This document shows positions 35,383 to 46,481 of a stretch of 64,000 nucleotides of DNA, one piece after another; positions within the stretch are counted from its first letter, which is position 1, and every line of letters begins with the position of its first letter. Both the position numbers and the translations under genes were made by a program. The notes under the pieces are model-generated. The model did not search any database. It saw only the letters and a list, made by a program, of their open reading frames with translations, and was not told the DNA's origin. Source of the DNA: Hyphomicrobiales bacterium (lineage in GTDB: Bacteria > Pseudomonadota > Alphaproteobacteria > Rhizobiales > JAJFHR01); contig JAJFHS010000022.1 of the NCBI GenBank assembly GCA_021775475.1, positions 18,871 to 82,870 of the forward strand. The letters are read 5' to 3'.

Positions 35383-36006
35383 TTACACCAGTGGCCGCAA
35401 CAGCGACCAGGCCAGCGCCCACATTACCGCAGCTATGGTAAGGTCTAAAATGCGCCAGGCTATCGGTTTGGCAAAAAGTGGTGCGAGAAATCTGGCACCA
35501 AAGCCGAGCGAATAAAACCATAACGCTGATCCCGTTGTAGCGCCAAGGCCAAATGAAAAGCGTTCCGTGCCGGGATATTGCGCCGACAGTCCGCCAATCA
35601 ACACCACCGTATCGAGATAAACATGGGGGTTGCCCCAGGTTAGCGCCAATGTAATCAACACTACTTTGGACAGGCTGCTCTTTCCGTCTTGTGTAGGCTT
35701 AAGTGTGGAAGGATGTAAGGCGCGCTTGAAAGCCAGCGCGCCATAGGTAATTAAAAACACTCCACCAATCAAAGCAACAATTGTCAGCCAGTCAGGATTG
35801 CGCTGAATAAGAGTTCCGAGCCCCAGGATACCGGCGGCAATCAGGGCGGCATCAGACAAAAAACAGATGGTGGTGATGACGGCGACATGACTGCGCAACA
35901 ATCCTTGCCGCAACACATAGGCATTTTGCGCACCAATGGCGATGATCAGGCTCGTACCCAGCAACAGACCACTGATGAAGGGGCCGGACGCGAAAATATC
36001 ATCCAT
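35383..36006 (-). CDS. LysE/ArgO-family amino acid exporter
   Basis: LIIAIGAQNAYVLRQGL and NPHVYLDTV motifs. Confidence 0.92.
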   Translation of the reverse strand: MDDIFASGPFISGLLLGTSLIIAIGAQNAYVLRQGLLRSHVAVITTICFLSDAALIAAGILGLGTLIQRNPDWLTIVALIGGVFLITYGALAFKRALHPSTLKPTQDGKSSLSKVVLITLALTWGNPHVYLDTVVLIGGLSAQYPGTERFSFGLGATTGSALWFYSLGFGARFLAPLFAKPIAWRILDLTIAAVMWALAWSLLRPLV

Positions 36007-36020
36007 CTACATGATTACCA

Positions 36021-36770
36021 CTAGACGTGCTGACCACCGTTGACGTGTAACTCGGCACCGGTGACGTAGCTTGATTGTTCGGTGCAGAAATAATAGATCG
36101 CCTTGGCCACTTCCTCGGGCAGACCGAGCCTGCGCAGCGGCAGGGTTTCAACGATTTTCTCGGTTCCGGGCGACAGGATCGAGGTGTCAATTTCACCGGG
36201 TGAAATTGCATTGACACGAATGCCCAGCGGGCCAAAATCGGCGGCCATTTCCCGCGTCAACGTCGCCAGTGCAGCTTTTGAGGAGGCGTAGGCGGCACCG
36301 GCAAAGGGATGAACCCGTGTGCCGGCTATGGAGGTTACATTGACCACAGAACCGCTTGCGGCCTTGAGTTCTTCAATCAGGCCGCGAGCCAGCATGATCG
36401 GTGCAAAAAGATTGACCTGAAAAACCGTGTTCCAGTCATCGCAATTCATGTCCAGTGCGCCAAGGCGTTTGCCGTCTTCACCCTTGGGAGAGATTGCGGC
36501 ATTATTGACCAGAGCATCGAGCCTGCCACCTTCAAGGCGGTCTTTCATCTCCTGGGTGGCGCGGCGCACGTCTTCAGGGTCGGACAGATCGACCTGAATA
36601 TGATCTTCCGGCCCGGCTTCCCACGGACAATCTTCGGGAAACGGCTGACGCGAACAAGAAATGACCCGCCATCCCGCACTGGAAAACCGTTTTACCGTGG
36701 CGTGACCAATGCCACGACTGGCGCCGGTCAGGATCATCGTTCTTTTGGGTGTTTCGTTGGATATGTTCAT
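36021..36770 (-). CDS. SDR oxidoreductase (FixR-like)
   Basis: TGASRGIG, NNAA, YASSK; CPWEAG..DHIQVDL resembles FixR. Confidence 0.88.
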   Translation of the reverse strand: MNISNETPKRTMILTGASRGIGHATVKRFSSAGWRVISCSRQPFPEDCPWEAGPEDHIQVDLSDPEDVRRATQEMKDRLEGGRLDALVNNAAISPKGEDGKRLGALDMNCDDWNTVFQVNLFAPIMLARGLIEELKAASGSVVNVTSIAGTRVHPFAGAAYASSKAALATLTREMAADFGPLGIRVNAISPGEIDTSILSPGTEKIVETLPLRRLGLPEEVAKAIYYFCTEQSSYVTGAELHVNGGQHV

Positions 36771-36830
36771 ACGTCGGACTCTAGATGAATTCGCTCAACT
36801 AAGCTATCGGCTTGTTTGGCGAGTAGATAA

Positions 36831-37451
36831 TTAATATAGCGTCTTGGCCTGCCGGGCTTGCAGGTCACCATCGTAAGCCTCGGCATCAAAATCCGGCTGC
36901 GCGCCCTTGTTCATTTGCCCGGCGGTTGGCACTTCATTTGTGGGAACCTGCGATGAGGCATCCCACAATTGCGCCCGCTTCAAAGCACGGGCGCACTGGT
37001 AGTACACTGTCTCAATGTCAACGACGATGGCACTCACCGGCAATTTGTCCTTGACCGTGAAGCGTTCGAGAATTTCAGGGCTGGTGGTAATATGTGCGTT
37101 TCCGTTTATGCGCAACGCTTCGTTGATTCCGGGTACAAGAAACAACAATGCCACGCGCGGGTCCGCGATGATGTTTTTGAGCGTATCAAGACGGTTGTTG
37201 CCGCGACGGTCGGGAACCACCAGTGTTTTGTTATCCAATACCAGGAATGCCTGTCCTTTTGCATCTCCACGCGGTGTACAATCAAGTCCGCTGGGGCCAA
37301 TGCTGGCGAGGGCAAAAAAGGGAGCAGCTTCAATCCATTTTTGATATTCAGGTGTCAGTTGCGGTGTTTCTTTTGCCAGTGAATTGGGATTGACCGGCCC
37401 ATAAAGTTCACATAACGCATCAAGCGTTTCTATCTTGCTGGTATCAATCAT
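36831..37451 (-). CDS. Pyridoxamine 5'-phosphate oxidase-like FMN-binding protein
   Basis: DCTPRGD, PDRRGNNRLDTLKNI and YYQCARA motifs. Confidence 0.85.
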   Translation of the reverse strand: MIDTSKIETLDALCELYGPVNPNSLAKETPQLTPEYQKWIEAAPFFALASIGPSGLDCTPRGDAKGQAFLVLDNKTLVVPDRRGNNRLDTLKNIIADPRVALLFLVPGINEALRINGNAHITTSPEILERFTVKDKLPVSAIVVDIETVYYQCARALKRAQLWDASSQVPTNEVPTAGQMNKGAQPDFDAEAYDGDLQARQAKTLY

Positions 37452-37461
37452 GGGTTAGCCT

Positions 37462-38109
37462 TCAGGGGAAAAGGAGTTCAGAAGACCAACTGTCTTCCTG
37501 AGTTTGACGGGTAAAAAGCCTTCTGTCATGCAGGCGGAAGGGTTTGTCGCGCCAGAATTCGATTGATGTGGGCATTAGCCTGAAACCCGACCAGTAAGAG
37601 GGGCGCGGGATGGCACCAACGGCATATTTAGCGGCCTTTTTGGCAACTTCGCGTTCCAGCTCAAAGCGATCACTCATTGGTCGCGACTGCCTCGACGCCC
37701 AGGCACCGATGCGGCTGCCGCGATCGCGGGAATTATAGTAAGCATCGGCTTCTTCATCACTGACGGTCTCAATCTCGCCCCTGATTCTGATTTGTCGCCG
37801 CAGGCTTTTCCAATGAAAACACAAGGCGGCCTTTTTTTGCGCCAGCAATTCACCACCTTTGGCGCTTTCATAATTGGTGTAAAAGACAAATCCGTGGCTA
37901 TCCACCGCTTTTAGTAGTACCATACGCACATTGGGCATGCCGTCTTCATCGACAGTACCCAGGGCCATGGCGGTCGGGTCATTTGGCTCAGCTGCCTGAG
38001 CCTCTTTCATCCACTGATGGAAAAGATGCAGGGGATTGCTTACGTCAAAAAAGTCGACGTTTTCCGGTAGTGTGTTTTCATTACTTATACCCCTTGAATT
38101 TTCAGCCAT
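37462..38109 (-). CDS. pdxH: Pyridoxine/pyridoxamine 5'-phosphate oxidase
   Basis: [24 protein letters not shown] and EFW...RLHDR motifs. Confidence 0.95.
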   Translation of the reverse strand: MAENSRGISNENTLPENVDFFDVSNPLHLFHQWMKEAQAAEPNDPTAMALGTVDEDGMPNVRMVLLKAVDSHGFVFYTNYESAKGGELLAQKKAALCFHWKSLRRQIRIRGEIETVSDEEADAYYNSRDRGSRIGAWASRQSRPMSDRFELEREVAKKAAKYAVGAIPRPSYWSGFRLMPTSIEFWRDKPFRLHDRRLFTRQTQEDSWSSELLFP

Positions 38110-38195
38110 TGTGACCATCTACTTCCTTTGGTATTAGATGTGTTATTGAAGCAGCACTGTTCGAGAAACACAATCAGGTTAACAGCAGAGTCCGA

Positions 38196-39146
38196 ATGTC
38201 AGACCCTTATACAATATTAGGTATTGCGCGCAATGCTTCGCAAGGTGATATCAAGTCAGCTTATCGCAAACTGGCGAAGAAATATCACCCCGACAGCAAT
38301 GCAGGCGATGCACAGGCAGAAGAAAAATTTTCGCAAGTCACACAAGCCTATGAAGTGCTCGGTGACAAAGAAAAACGCGTGCAATTTGACAATGGTGAGA
38401 TTGACGACGAGGGCAAACCCAAAGGTTTCGGGTTTGGTGGCGGCAATCCTTATGGCGGCAGCAGCGGTCAACATCCTTTTGGCACGGGTGCATCCTATGG
38501 TGGCGGCGGTGGTGGTGGCGGCAATTTCAGGCCGGAAGATATTTTTGCGGAAATTTTTGGTGGCCGTCACGGCCAGGCATCAGCGCATGCGCAAGCAACG
38601 CGCGGCCACGATGTCAACTACACCATACAGGTAGAATTCACCGAAGCAGCGCTTGGCACCAGCAGACGGGTTGAATTATCCAACGGCCGTAAAATAGATA
38701 TGAAAATTCCTGCGGGCCTCACCGATGGCCAGCAGATCAGGCTGAAAGGTCAGGGCCAGCCAGGTGCAAACGGCGGGCCTGCCGGAGATGCCATTGTGAA
38801 GGTGACAGTAGCCCCCAGCACGTTTTTTACCCGCGATGGTTTTAACATCAAAATAGATCTGCCGATTACCCTTTATGAAGCGGTTCTGGGCGCATCTTTG
38901 CGCGTTCCTACTCTCGACGGCGAAGTAAATCTGAAAATCCCCAAGAATACCAATAGTGGTAAGGTGTTGAGATTAAAAGGAAAAGGTGCCGGTAAAAATG
39001 CCAGGCTGAGCCAAAGGGGCGATCTACTATACACCGTTCGAATAGTCCTGCCTGAAGCCCGCGATGAACGGTTGGAAAAGCTGATGGAAGACTGGCGGCA
39101 GGCAAAACCATATACGCCACGCGGACCTGAGTTCGGTAACAATTAG
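38196..39146 (+). CDS. DnaJ class B chaperone (CbpA-like, no zinc finger)
   Basis: J domain HPD, G/F-rich linker, C-terminal domain. Confidence 0.92.
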   Translation: MSDPYTILGIARNASQGDIKSAYRKLAKKYHPDSNAGDAQAEEKFSQVTQAYEVLGDKEKRVQFDNGEIDDEGKPKGFGFGGGNPYGGSSGQHPFGTGASYGGGGGGGGNFRPEDIFAEIFGGRHGQASAHAQATRGHDVNYTIQVEFTEAALGTSRRVELSNGRKIDMKIPAGLTDGQQIRLKGQGQPGANGGPAGDAIVKVTVAPSTFFTRDGFNIKIDLPITLYEAVLGASLRVPTLDGEVNLKIPKNTNSGKVLRLKGKGAGKNARLSQRGDLLYTVRIVLPEARDERLEKLMEDWRQAKPYTPRGPEFGNN

Positions 39147-39258
39147 TAATCCAATTCACTTTATGATATTTTGCGGTATTTTTATTAGACCGCATCAGAC
39201 AAATGTGTAGGATTGCCCGAATTCTGCCATGGGGAAACCAAAATCCAAGAGGTAAAAT

Positions 39259-40071
39259 ATGGATGAAACCCGACCATTGATGGAGGGTAAGCGCGGTCTT
39301 GTTATGGGCGTTGCAAACAGCAGGTCTATAGCTTGGGGAATTGCGCGAGCTTGTGCCAGACATGGTGCAGAACTGGCTTTTACCTATCAGGGTGATGCTT
39401 TGAAAAAACGGGTTGTACCACTGGCTGAATCGATTGATTCAACCATTGTGCTGCCGTGTGATGTCACTGATGCAGACTCAATTGATGCTGTCTTCGAGGT
39501 TTTGGAAAAAGAATGGGGCTCGATTGACTTCATCGTTCACGCCATAGCGTTTTCAGACAAAGAAGAACTCACCGGCCGTTACGTCGACACCAGTGCCGCC
39601 AATTTTGAAAAAACCATGAACATCTCGTGTTATTCTTTCACAGCTGTAACACAGCGCGCTGAAAAACTGATGAGCAAAGGTGGATCATTACTGACGCTGA
39701 CGTATTATGGTGCGGAACGCGTGATGCCGCATTACAACGTTATGGGTGTTGCTAAAGCAGCCCTTGAGGCAAGCGTGCGCTATCTTGCTGAAGATCTTGG
39801 CAAAAAGAACATTCGCGTCAATGCAATTTCAGCGGGACCAATCAAAACCCTGGCTTCTGCCGGTATCGGAGATTTCCGCTACATTTTAAAATGGAACGAA
39901 TATAATTCGCCCCTGCGCCGCACGGTGTCCATTGACGAAGTTGGCAATGCGGCTTTGTTTTTATTGAGTGATATGGGCAGTGGTGTTACCGGCGAAGTTC
40001 AACATGTGGATTGCGGCTATCATGTGGTTGGCATGAAAGCTGTTGATGCACCTGATATAACTGTCACCTGA
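39259..40071 (+). CDS. fabI: Enoyl-ACP reductase
   Basis: GVANSRSIAWGIA, YNVMGVAKAALE and SAGPIKTLA motifs. Confidence 0.96.
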   Translation: MDETRPLMEGKRGLVMGVANSRSIAWGIARACARHGAELAFTYQGDALKKRVVPLAESIDSTIVLPCDVTDADSIDAVFEVLEKEWGSIDFIVHAIAFSDKEELTGRYVDTSAANFEKTMNISCYSFTAVTQRAEKLMSKGGSLLTLTYYGAERVMPHYNVMGVAKAALEASVRYLAEDLGKKNIRVNAISAGPIKTLASAGIGDFRYILKWNEYNSPLRRTVSIDEVGNAALFLLSDMGSGVTGEVQHVDCGYHVVGMKAVDAPDITVT

Positions 40072-40085
40072 TATTACAATTCCTC

Positions 40086-40667
40086 ATGACTTTTACCCTC
40101 TATTTCATTCGCCACGGACAGACTGACTGGAATGCGGCAGGCCGCATGCAGGGCCAGACTGATGTTCCCATTAATGAGGTCGGCCGCACCCAGGCCCGGC
40201 GCAATGGTGACACGCTTGCCGGTCTGTTGTCGCCGCCACAGGGTTTCGACTTCATTGCCAGCCCGTTGTCACGCCCGCGCGAAACCATGGAAATAATTCG
40301 GGGCGCTTTAGGGCTTGAGCCCAAAGATTATCCTACCGACAAGCGCTTGATGGAAATCAGGTTTGGTGAGTTCGAAGGTATGACTTTTGATCAGATATCG
40401 GAAAAATTCCCGGAAGAATTCGCCCATCGGCAAAAAGACATATGGCTCAATGCCCCTCCGGGTGGGGAGAGTTATTCTGAGTTAACCGCACGGGTTGAAG
40501 AGTGGTATCTCGAGCTTGAACGCGACACCATATGCGTTGCGCACGGCGGTGTAAGCCGGTCTTTGCGCGGCATTGTTCTGAAACTGCCACCAGCTGAAAT
40601 TGTCGAACTCGACGTGCCGCAAGATAAAGTTCTCAAAGTCGAGGCCGGACAGATTGAGTGGCTCTAA
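40086..40667 (+). CDS. Histidine phosphatase family protein
   Basis: RHGQTDWN, SPLSR and VAHGG motifs. Confidence 0.9.
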   Translation: MTFTLYFIRHGQTDWNAAGRMQGQTDVPINEVGRTQARRNGDTLAGLLSPPQGFDFIASPLSRPRETMEIIRGALGLEPKDYPTDKRLMEIRFGEFEGMTFDQISEKFPEEFAHRQKDIWLNAPPGGESYSELTARVEEWYLELERDTICVAHGGVSRSLRGIVLKLPPAEIVELDVPQDKVLKVEAGQIEWL

Positions 40668-40735
40668 GTCTCTCGATTGACGCCAGCACAAGGCTTCGCT
40701 AGAACCTATAATACTTAACGCATATAAGGGTTCCT

Positions 40736-41818
40736 ATGTCCATTAACTCCTTCGGCCACATGTTGCGGATGACCACCTTTGGCGAAAGTCACGGGATTGC
40801 TCTGGGGTGCGTGCTCGATGGCTGCCCGCCGCTCATCCCCATTACAGAAGCGGAAATTCAGGTGTTCATGGACAAACGCCGCCCGGGCCAGTCACGCTTT
40901 ACCACCCAGCGGCGCGAACCCGATGCGGTTAAAATTCTCTCCGGCGTATTTGACGATGATAGTGGCCAGCAGGTTACCACCGGCACGCCCATATGTCTGA
41001 TGATTGAGAATGTAGATCAGCGCTCCAAGGACTACGGCGACATCAAGGATAGTTTCCGCCCCGGTCATGCAGATTTCACTTATCTTGAGAAATACGGCAT
41101 CCGCGATTATCGCGGTGGTGGGCGCCAATCTGCGCGCGAGACAGCCGCTCGTGTTGCTGCTGGCGCCATTGCCCGCAAAATTGTGCCGGGCATGCGTGTG
41201 CGTGGTGCTCTGGTGCAGGTGGGTGTACATGAGATCAGCCGCGATAACTGGGATTGGGACGAGATTGATCGCAATCCGTTTTTCTGCCCGGATGCTGAAA
41301 TGGTCGAGACCTGGACCACCTATCTTGATGACATCCGCAAATCCGGTTCATCGTGCGGGGCAGTGATTGAAATTGTGGTTGACGGTGTTGCTGCCGGTCT
41401 GGGCGCGCCGGTCTATGGCAAGCTTGATCAGGACCTGGCTTCGGCCCTGATGAGCATCAATGCGGTCAAAGGCGTTGAAATTGGCGCAGGCTTTTCTGCA
41501 GCCAACCTCACCGGTATCGAAAACGCCGATGAAATGCGCATGGAAGATGGCAAACCAACTTTCCTCAGCAATCACGCCGGTGGCATTCTCGGCGGTATTT
41601 CAACCGGTCAGGAAATCATCACACGCTTCGTGGTCAAGCCAACGTCATCAATCCTGACACCACGCAAATCAGTCGATAAGTTCGGCAATGAAACCGATGT
41701 TGTCACCAAAGGTCGTCATGATCCGTGTGTCGGCATTCGCGCCGTCCCCATTGGTGAAGCCATGGCAGCCCTTGTGGTTGCCGATCATTATCTGCTGCAT
41801 CGCGGGCAGATGGGTTAA
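40736..41818 (+). CDS. aroC: Chorismate synthase
   Basis: [24 protein letters not shown] and GRHDPCV motifs. Confidence 0.97.
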   Translation: MSINSFGHMLRMTTFGESHGIALGCVLDGCPPLIPITEAEIQVFMDKRRPGQSRFTTQRREPDAVKILSGVFDDDSGQQVTTGTPICLMIENVDQRSKDYGDIKDSFRPGHADFTYLEKYGIRDYRGGGRQSARETAARVAAGAIARKIVPGMRVRGALVQVGVHEISRDNWDWDEIDRNPFFCPDAEMVETWTTYLDDIRKSGSSCGAVIEIVVDGVAAGLGAPVYGKLDQDLASALMSINAVKGVEIGAGFSAANLTGIENADEMRMEDGKPTFLSNHAGGILGGISTGQEIITRFVVKPTSSILTPRKSVDKFGNETDVVTKGRHDPCVGIRAVPIGEAMAALVVADHYLLHRGQMG

Positions 41819-42233
41819 GAATTAAATTTATTCTTCCAGACTTGTCGGGTTAAATTTCAACAATAAAATTGTTTCTTAGAGCAGCCCATGACCCAAAAGA
41901 GCTCTAACTGACGGACAATCAAAATTGGTATGGATATTTGATCACAAAGCAATTTTTGCCCCTTGATTTGGATCAAATATCTGCCGGCCCAGCGATGCTA
42001 GAGGTGATAGCATTGGACAATCACTGGGTTTGTTTAAATGCCTGCCATTCTCAAAATCAAGCGCTGGAACATAGGTCTGGAAGTTCTCGCGATCATAATT
42101 CAGGCAACGCAAGTTACCCGAGAGGGATTCGTATATAATTTTAACGATAATAACGAAATCGTTAATTCGATTATCTCGACCGTGCAGGCCCCTCAACCTC
42201 ACAGAGATTTAGGTGGGGTTCTGAAAACAAAGC

Positions 42234-42953
42234 ATGCCTAGAACCATTGCTGTCATACCTGCGCGTGGTGGGTCAAAAGGTATTCCTCGCAAAAATCTGA
42301 TAGATCTCGGTGGCAAACCGTTGATCGCGCATATGATCGGGCATGCCTTGCAAGTCGAGGGCATTACCGATGTTATCGTTTCAACCGAGGACGAAGAAAT
42401 CGCCGATGTTGCGCGGCAATATGGAGTCCAGCCACCCTTCATGCGCCCCAAAAAGCTGGCCGGGGACAATGTTTTGAGCTTGCCCGTGGTGCAACATGCG
42501 GTCGAACAAATGGAAGCGATAACAGCTGCACCCTATAGCCATATCCTGGTATTGCAGGCCACAGTGCCACTCTGCCGGCCTCGCGATATTGCAGCTTGCC
42601 TGGAGCGCTTGGAAAAGGGTGATTGCGATAGTGTGGTGAGCGTCAAGAAAATCGCCAACCATCATCCATTTCGCCTAAAGAGAATAATCGGTGAGGATGT
42701 CCTGATTAATTATGTCGACCAGGGGGGCGATGATTTGAGGCCGCGCCAGGTGTTGCCGCCGGTTTATAAACGCACCGGTGCAGCCTATGCCAGCACCCGG
42801 GAAACAGTCATGACCCACAATCAAATAGTTGGTGAAAACGCCCGCGCCGTCATTGTGCCGGAATACACCGGTTTGGACATTGACAGTGAATTGGATCTGG
42901 CTTTGGTCCGATTGATATTCGACGGTAAAGTCGATGTACATCTATTGCCTTAA
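42234..42953 (+). CDS. Acylneuraminate (nonulosonate) cytidylyltransferase family protein
   Basis: IPARGGSKGIPRKN, VSTED, PRQVLP and DIDSELD motifs. Confidence 0.9.
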   Translation: MPRTIAVIPARGGSKGIPRKNLIDLGGKPLIAHMIGHALQVEGITDVIVSTEDEEIADVARQYGVQPPFMRPKKLAGDNVLSLPVVQHAVEQMEAITAAPYSHILVLQATVPLCRPRDIAACLERLEKGDCDSVVSVKKIANHHPFRLKRIIGEDVLINYVDQGGDDLRPRQVLPPVYKRTGAAYASTRETVMTHNQIVGENARAVIVPEYTGLDIDSELDLALVRLIFDGKVDVHLLP

Positions 42954-43030
42954 ACCGGTCATCACGAGAGTTCTTTTATGAATACAATCCCCCAGAAAAC
43001 CGTCGGCTTCAAAGGTCGCGTTCACACGCC

Positions 43031-44437
43031 TTGCCCGTTTGGCACGAGACATCGTCCTTGACATTATCACCGGTCATAATCCCATCTGAAATTCAGACGC
43101 GGGAATTTGATGCCAAATTGCTGTTGGCGTGTTTCCTGGCTGAAACCGGCGTTGACGTATATGTCGGTGCACGGCACGAAATTCATGCAAATATTCACCA
43201 TTTGCCGCCATCGATTTACGTCGCCAAGGACTTTCGCGATACATCCGTGCAGATATTCAATATCCTGGGCCTGCTGGGACACCGCATTGTTGCCTGGGAC
43301 GAGGAGGGTCTGATAACCCATGAGCCGGAACTTTATTATCGTCGGCGGGTGGCGGAAAAAGCCATTTCCAGGGTGCAGGAATTCTATGCCTGGGGAGAAA
43401 ATAACAAGGCCCTAATAGAGAATGCTCCTGGCTTTCCAACAACAAATATACACACCACCGGCAACCCGCGAGGCGATCTTCTCCGCCCTGAATTTAAAGG
43501 TTTTTATGCCGACACGATTGAGCGGTTGCAGGCGCGTTATGGCAATTTTATCCTGATCAACTCCAATTTTGGATTTGTTAATCACAAGGTTCGTTCGCTT
43601 AAAGTTTCCACTGAAACCTCCGGCTCTTCTAATGGACATGAGCCCGCCCCTGAAATCGACCGGTTTATGCGGCATCGACAATCTATGCTCAATACATTCA
43701 TTGAACTACTGCCAGATATTGCGCGACGTTTTCCGGGAAATACAATTGTCGTCCGGCCCCATCCTTCTGAAAATCATTCTCTATGGACGACGGCGGCGGC
43801 GAAAATAAAAAACATTGAAATCATTCATGAAGGTCCGGTACTTCCCTGGCTTCTGGCGGCAGGTACTATGATACATAACGGTTGTACAACAGGCCTTGAA
43901 GCGTTTTTGCTTGGCCGTCCCGCAATTTCATTTGAACCAAGGGATGTTCATCCCGGTGCAGAAAACTTGCCGAATTTCCTCAGCTACCGGGCACAGTCAC
44001 AGCAGGAGTTATTTGCAACGATAAGTCAATGTCTGGAGACAAATCAGCCATTGCCGCAAACAGCTGCTCAATGGAAAGAAATCAATAGGTTTATCGGAGC
44101 GACAAACGGGCCATTCGCTTCGGAACAAATTGCACAACATATCCGTGAATTAAACCAGAGGGACTGCAGCAGCCCCATTTCTTCATCCCTGTCGCAGTTT
44201 TCGGGGGGGGTGCTTTCTCGTTTGCGCAAGGTGGAAAAAAAAATCCTTTACATGTGGCCTGACCACAAGTCCAGCAGGGCTTATAATACCCATCGATATC
44301 CTGGTTTAAAGCTGGGTGAAGTGCAAAGCAGAGTTGCCAGTTTTGCTAAAATTACAGGGAAATTTGGAACTCTTTCCGTCGATCATTGCCGCAAACAGAT
44401 TTTTCTCATCGCAAGCTCTAAGCGGCCAAAATTTTGA
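43031..44437 (+). CDS. Surface carbohydrate biosynthesis protein (TIGR04396-like)
   Basis: EIQTREFDAKLLLA, WDEEGL, TGNPRGDLL, VRPHPSE and HNGCTTGLEA motifs; start uncertain. Confidence 0.78.
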   Translation: MPVWHETSSLTLSPVIIPSEIQTREFDAKLLLACFLAETGVDVYVGARHEIHANIHHLPPSIYVAKDFRDTSVQIFNILGLLGHRIVAWDEEGLITHEPELYYRRRVAEKAISRVQEFYAWGENNKALIENAPGFPTTNIHTTGNPRGDLLRPEFKGFYADTIERLQARYGNFILINSNFGFVNHKVRSLKVSTETSGSSNGHEPAPEIDRFMRHRQSMLNTFIELLPDIARRFPGNTIVVRPHPSENHSLWTTAAAKIKNIEIIHEGPVLPWLLAAGTMIHNGCTTGLEAFLLGRPAISFEPRDVHPGAENLPNFLSYRAQSQQELFATISQCLETNQPLPQTAAQWKEINRFIGATNGPFASEQIAQHIRELNQRDCSSPISSSLSQFSGGVLSRLRKVEKKILYMWPDHKSSRAYNTHRYPGLKLGEVQSRVASFAKITGKFGTLSVDHCRKQIFLIASSKRPKF

Positions 44438-44581
44438 TTTAACAGCAATTTCTGCTTTTGGCACATCTCGCCAATCTGAATTGCATCACAAGTTGGATAT
44501 TCTCAGCGTCCTGTCAGGGCAGCTCTTGCAGTAGCAGATTTCTACCTGCTGTATCATCAGCCAAAGGATCAGGGGCTAAAT

Positions 44582-45049
44582 TCAAGTCGTTGGATTGCTT
44601 TTTTCCCGCGCCAGCACCCTTGCGAACAGTATGTTCTGCAATTCAAATCGATTTTGTGTGATGTCGGCAAGGGTGTATTTGTCGAGCACTTTGATAAATT
44701 CCGCCAGGGCTTCAGCGAAAATAGCGGTGAGATGGCAAGCGGGTGTAATGATACATTTGTTTTGTGATCCACGCATACACTCAACAAGGGCGAAATCTTC
44801 TTCAATTGCACGCACTACGTCACCAATGCGGATATCCTCAGGAGGTAAATTGAGCCGTAATCCACCGTTGCGACCGCGCACCGTTTGCAGCAATCCGGCG
44901 CGGGCCAGCTTGTTGACGATTTTCATCAGATGCGCCCGTGAAATATTATAACGCATTGAAATGTCATCAATTTTAAACAGATCAGTTTCATTGGTGGCGA
45001 CGAACATCAGCACGCGAAGGGCGAAATCAGAAGCCTGATTGAGGCGCAT
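44582..45049 (-). CDS. nsrR: Rrf2-family NO-sensing regulator (NsrR-like)
   Basis: MRLNQASDFALRVLM, RGRNGGLRL and three Cys in ECMRGSQNKCIITPAC; divergent from a globin. Confidence 0.82.
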   Translation of the reverse strand: MRLNQASDFALRVLMFVATNETDLFKIDDISMRYNISRAHLMKIVNKLARAGLLQTVRGRNGGLRLNLPPEDIRIGDVVRAIEEDFALVECMRGSQNKCIITPACHLTAIFAEALAEFIKVLDKYTLADITQNRFELQNILFARVLAREKSNPTT

Positions 45050-45088
45050 GGCAAGTGGGTACCTTGTAAAATCAAATGTTGCACTTAA

Positions 45089-45111
45089 ATCATCTATATT
45101 ATAGACATCTT
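45089..45111. promoter_or_regulatory. Candidate NsrR operator
   Basis: ATCATCTAT-ATTAT-AGACATCTT resembles AAGATGYAT-N5-ATRCATCTT; right half strong, left half degenerate. Confidence 0.55.
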
Positions 45112-45128
45112 TTATTCGCAACCATTGA

Positions 45129-45608
45129 ATGAGCCTGTATTCCATGTCCCATCCTGATTTTCCCGTTCGTTCCGCGCCTGTGACCCGGCACCGGGTTCAC
45201 CCGGACATTGATGAGGTGATGATTGACAAGGTGGTTGAGACTTTTTACGAGAAAATCAGAAACGACGCCCAGCTCGGGCCTATTTTCAACTCCCGAATTG
45301 AGGGGCGGTGGCCGGAGCATCTGACCAAGATGAAAGATTTCTGGTCGTCCTTAATGCTGACCACCGGGCGTTACAAAGGTCGCCCGATGCAGGTGCATAT
45401 GCAAATGGGCGAAGTTAAACCGGAAGATTTCACCCGCTGGCTGGAACTTTTTCGTGCCAATGCGCATGAAGTCTGCGCGCAAGATATTGCTGATCTGTTT
45501 ATTTCCCGCGCTGAAAAAGTTGCGACGAGCTTCCAGCTTTGTATGTTTTACAAAGACAGGATAGCTGCGGGCGACGCTTTCAAAAGCGGTGAAATCACTG
45601 GTAATTAA
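45129..45608 (+). CDS. Group III truncated haemoglobin
   Basis: VETFYEKIRND..LGPIF, WPEHL.KM.DFWSS, YKGRPM..H and F.RWL.LF motifs. Confidence 0.9.
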   Translation: MSLYSMSHPDFPVRSAPVTRHRVHPDIDEVMIDKVVETFYEKIRNDAQLGPIFNSRIEGRWPEHLTKMKDFWSSLMLTTGRYKGRPMQVHMQMGEVKPEDFTRWLELFRANAHEVCAQDIADLFISRAEKVATSFQLCMFYKDRIAAGDAFKSGEITGN

Positions 45609-45662
45609 CACCAGTCGTGGCAAAGTATGGCTTTGTGTCAACTTTGGTGAATGACGTAATCC

Positions 45663-46427
45663 ATGACATTCCAGCACCCTTACCTGTCAGGTCACAGTTT
45701 CATCTGCTTTGCCCATCGCGGTGGTGGTGCCGAACAGCGTGAAAACAGCGCCAGCGCTTTTGCGGCCACCCGGGCTTTGGGATACCGCTACATCGAGACC
45801 GACATTCAGGCCACAGCAGACGGCACCCTGATTGTCTTTCACGATGACACTCTGGACCGAACCACCAACAGCACCGGCACCATTGCAACCCTGCCTTATT
45901 CGACGGTGCGTCAGGCATTGATTGGCGGTATCGAACCCATCATGACGCTCGAGCAGGCGCTGGAACAATTCCCCGACATCTGCTTCAACATTGACATCAA
46001 GACCGAAAAAGCGCTTCAGCCGACACTTGATCTCATGGCAAAAATGAAATGTTTCGAACGCGTGTGTCTGGCATCATTTTCCGATAATCGCCTGCGCAAA
46101 GTGCGCCGTAAACTTGGGTCCGAAATCTGCACCAGCGCCGGTCCTCAAGGCGTTTTCGCCCTAAAACTTGCCTCCTGGGGTATACCATTAGCATCACCAC
46201 CGGTTCATTGCGCCCAGGTACCCATTTCGGAATATGGCATCACCATCGTCACATCATCTTTCATCAAACACTGCAACAAAAACGGCATAGCCGTGCACGT
46301 CTGGACCATTGACGATGAAGATGAAATGCGCCGCTTAATCCAACTAGGCGTCAACGGCCTGATTTCCGACCGGCCAACATTGCTGAAGCAAGTGGCGATG
46401 GAAGAAGGGGTGTGGGTGGGGAATTAA
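45663..46427 (+). CDS. Glycerophosphodiester phosphodiesterase
   Basis: AHRGG, ENS, IETDI, HDDTLDRTT, VWTID and ISDRP motifs. Confidence 0.92.
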   Translation: MTFQHPYLSGHSFICFAHRGGGAEQRENSASAFAATRALGYRYIETDIQATADGTLIVFHDDTLDRTTNSTGTIATLPYSTVRQALIGGIEPIMTLEQALEQFPDICFNIDIKTEKALQPTLDLMAKMKCFERVCLASFSDNRLRKVRRKLGSEICTSAGPQGVFALKLASWGIPLASPPVHCAQVPISEYGITIVTSSFIKHCNKNGIAVHVWTIDDEDEMRRLIQLGVNGLISDRPTLLKQVAMEEGVWVGN

Positions 46428-46481
46428 ACATAATTATGTTTAATATTGACGGATTGATTTTTTATAATTATATTAATTACA

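Noticed and set aside
38499-38523. GGT/GGC tandem run
   Set aside because: Encodes the normal glycine-rich linker of the DnaJ protein
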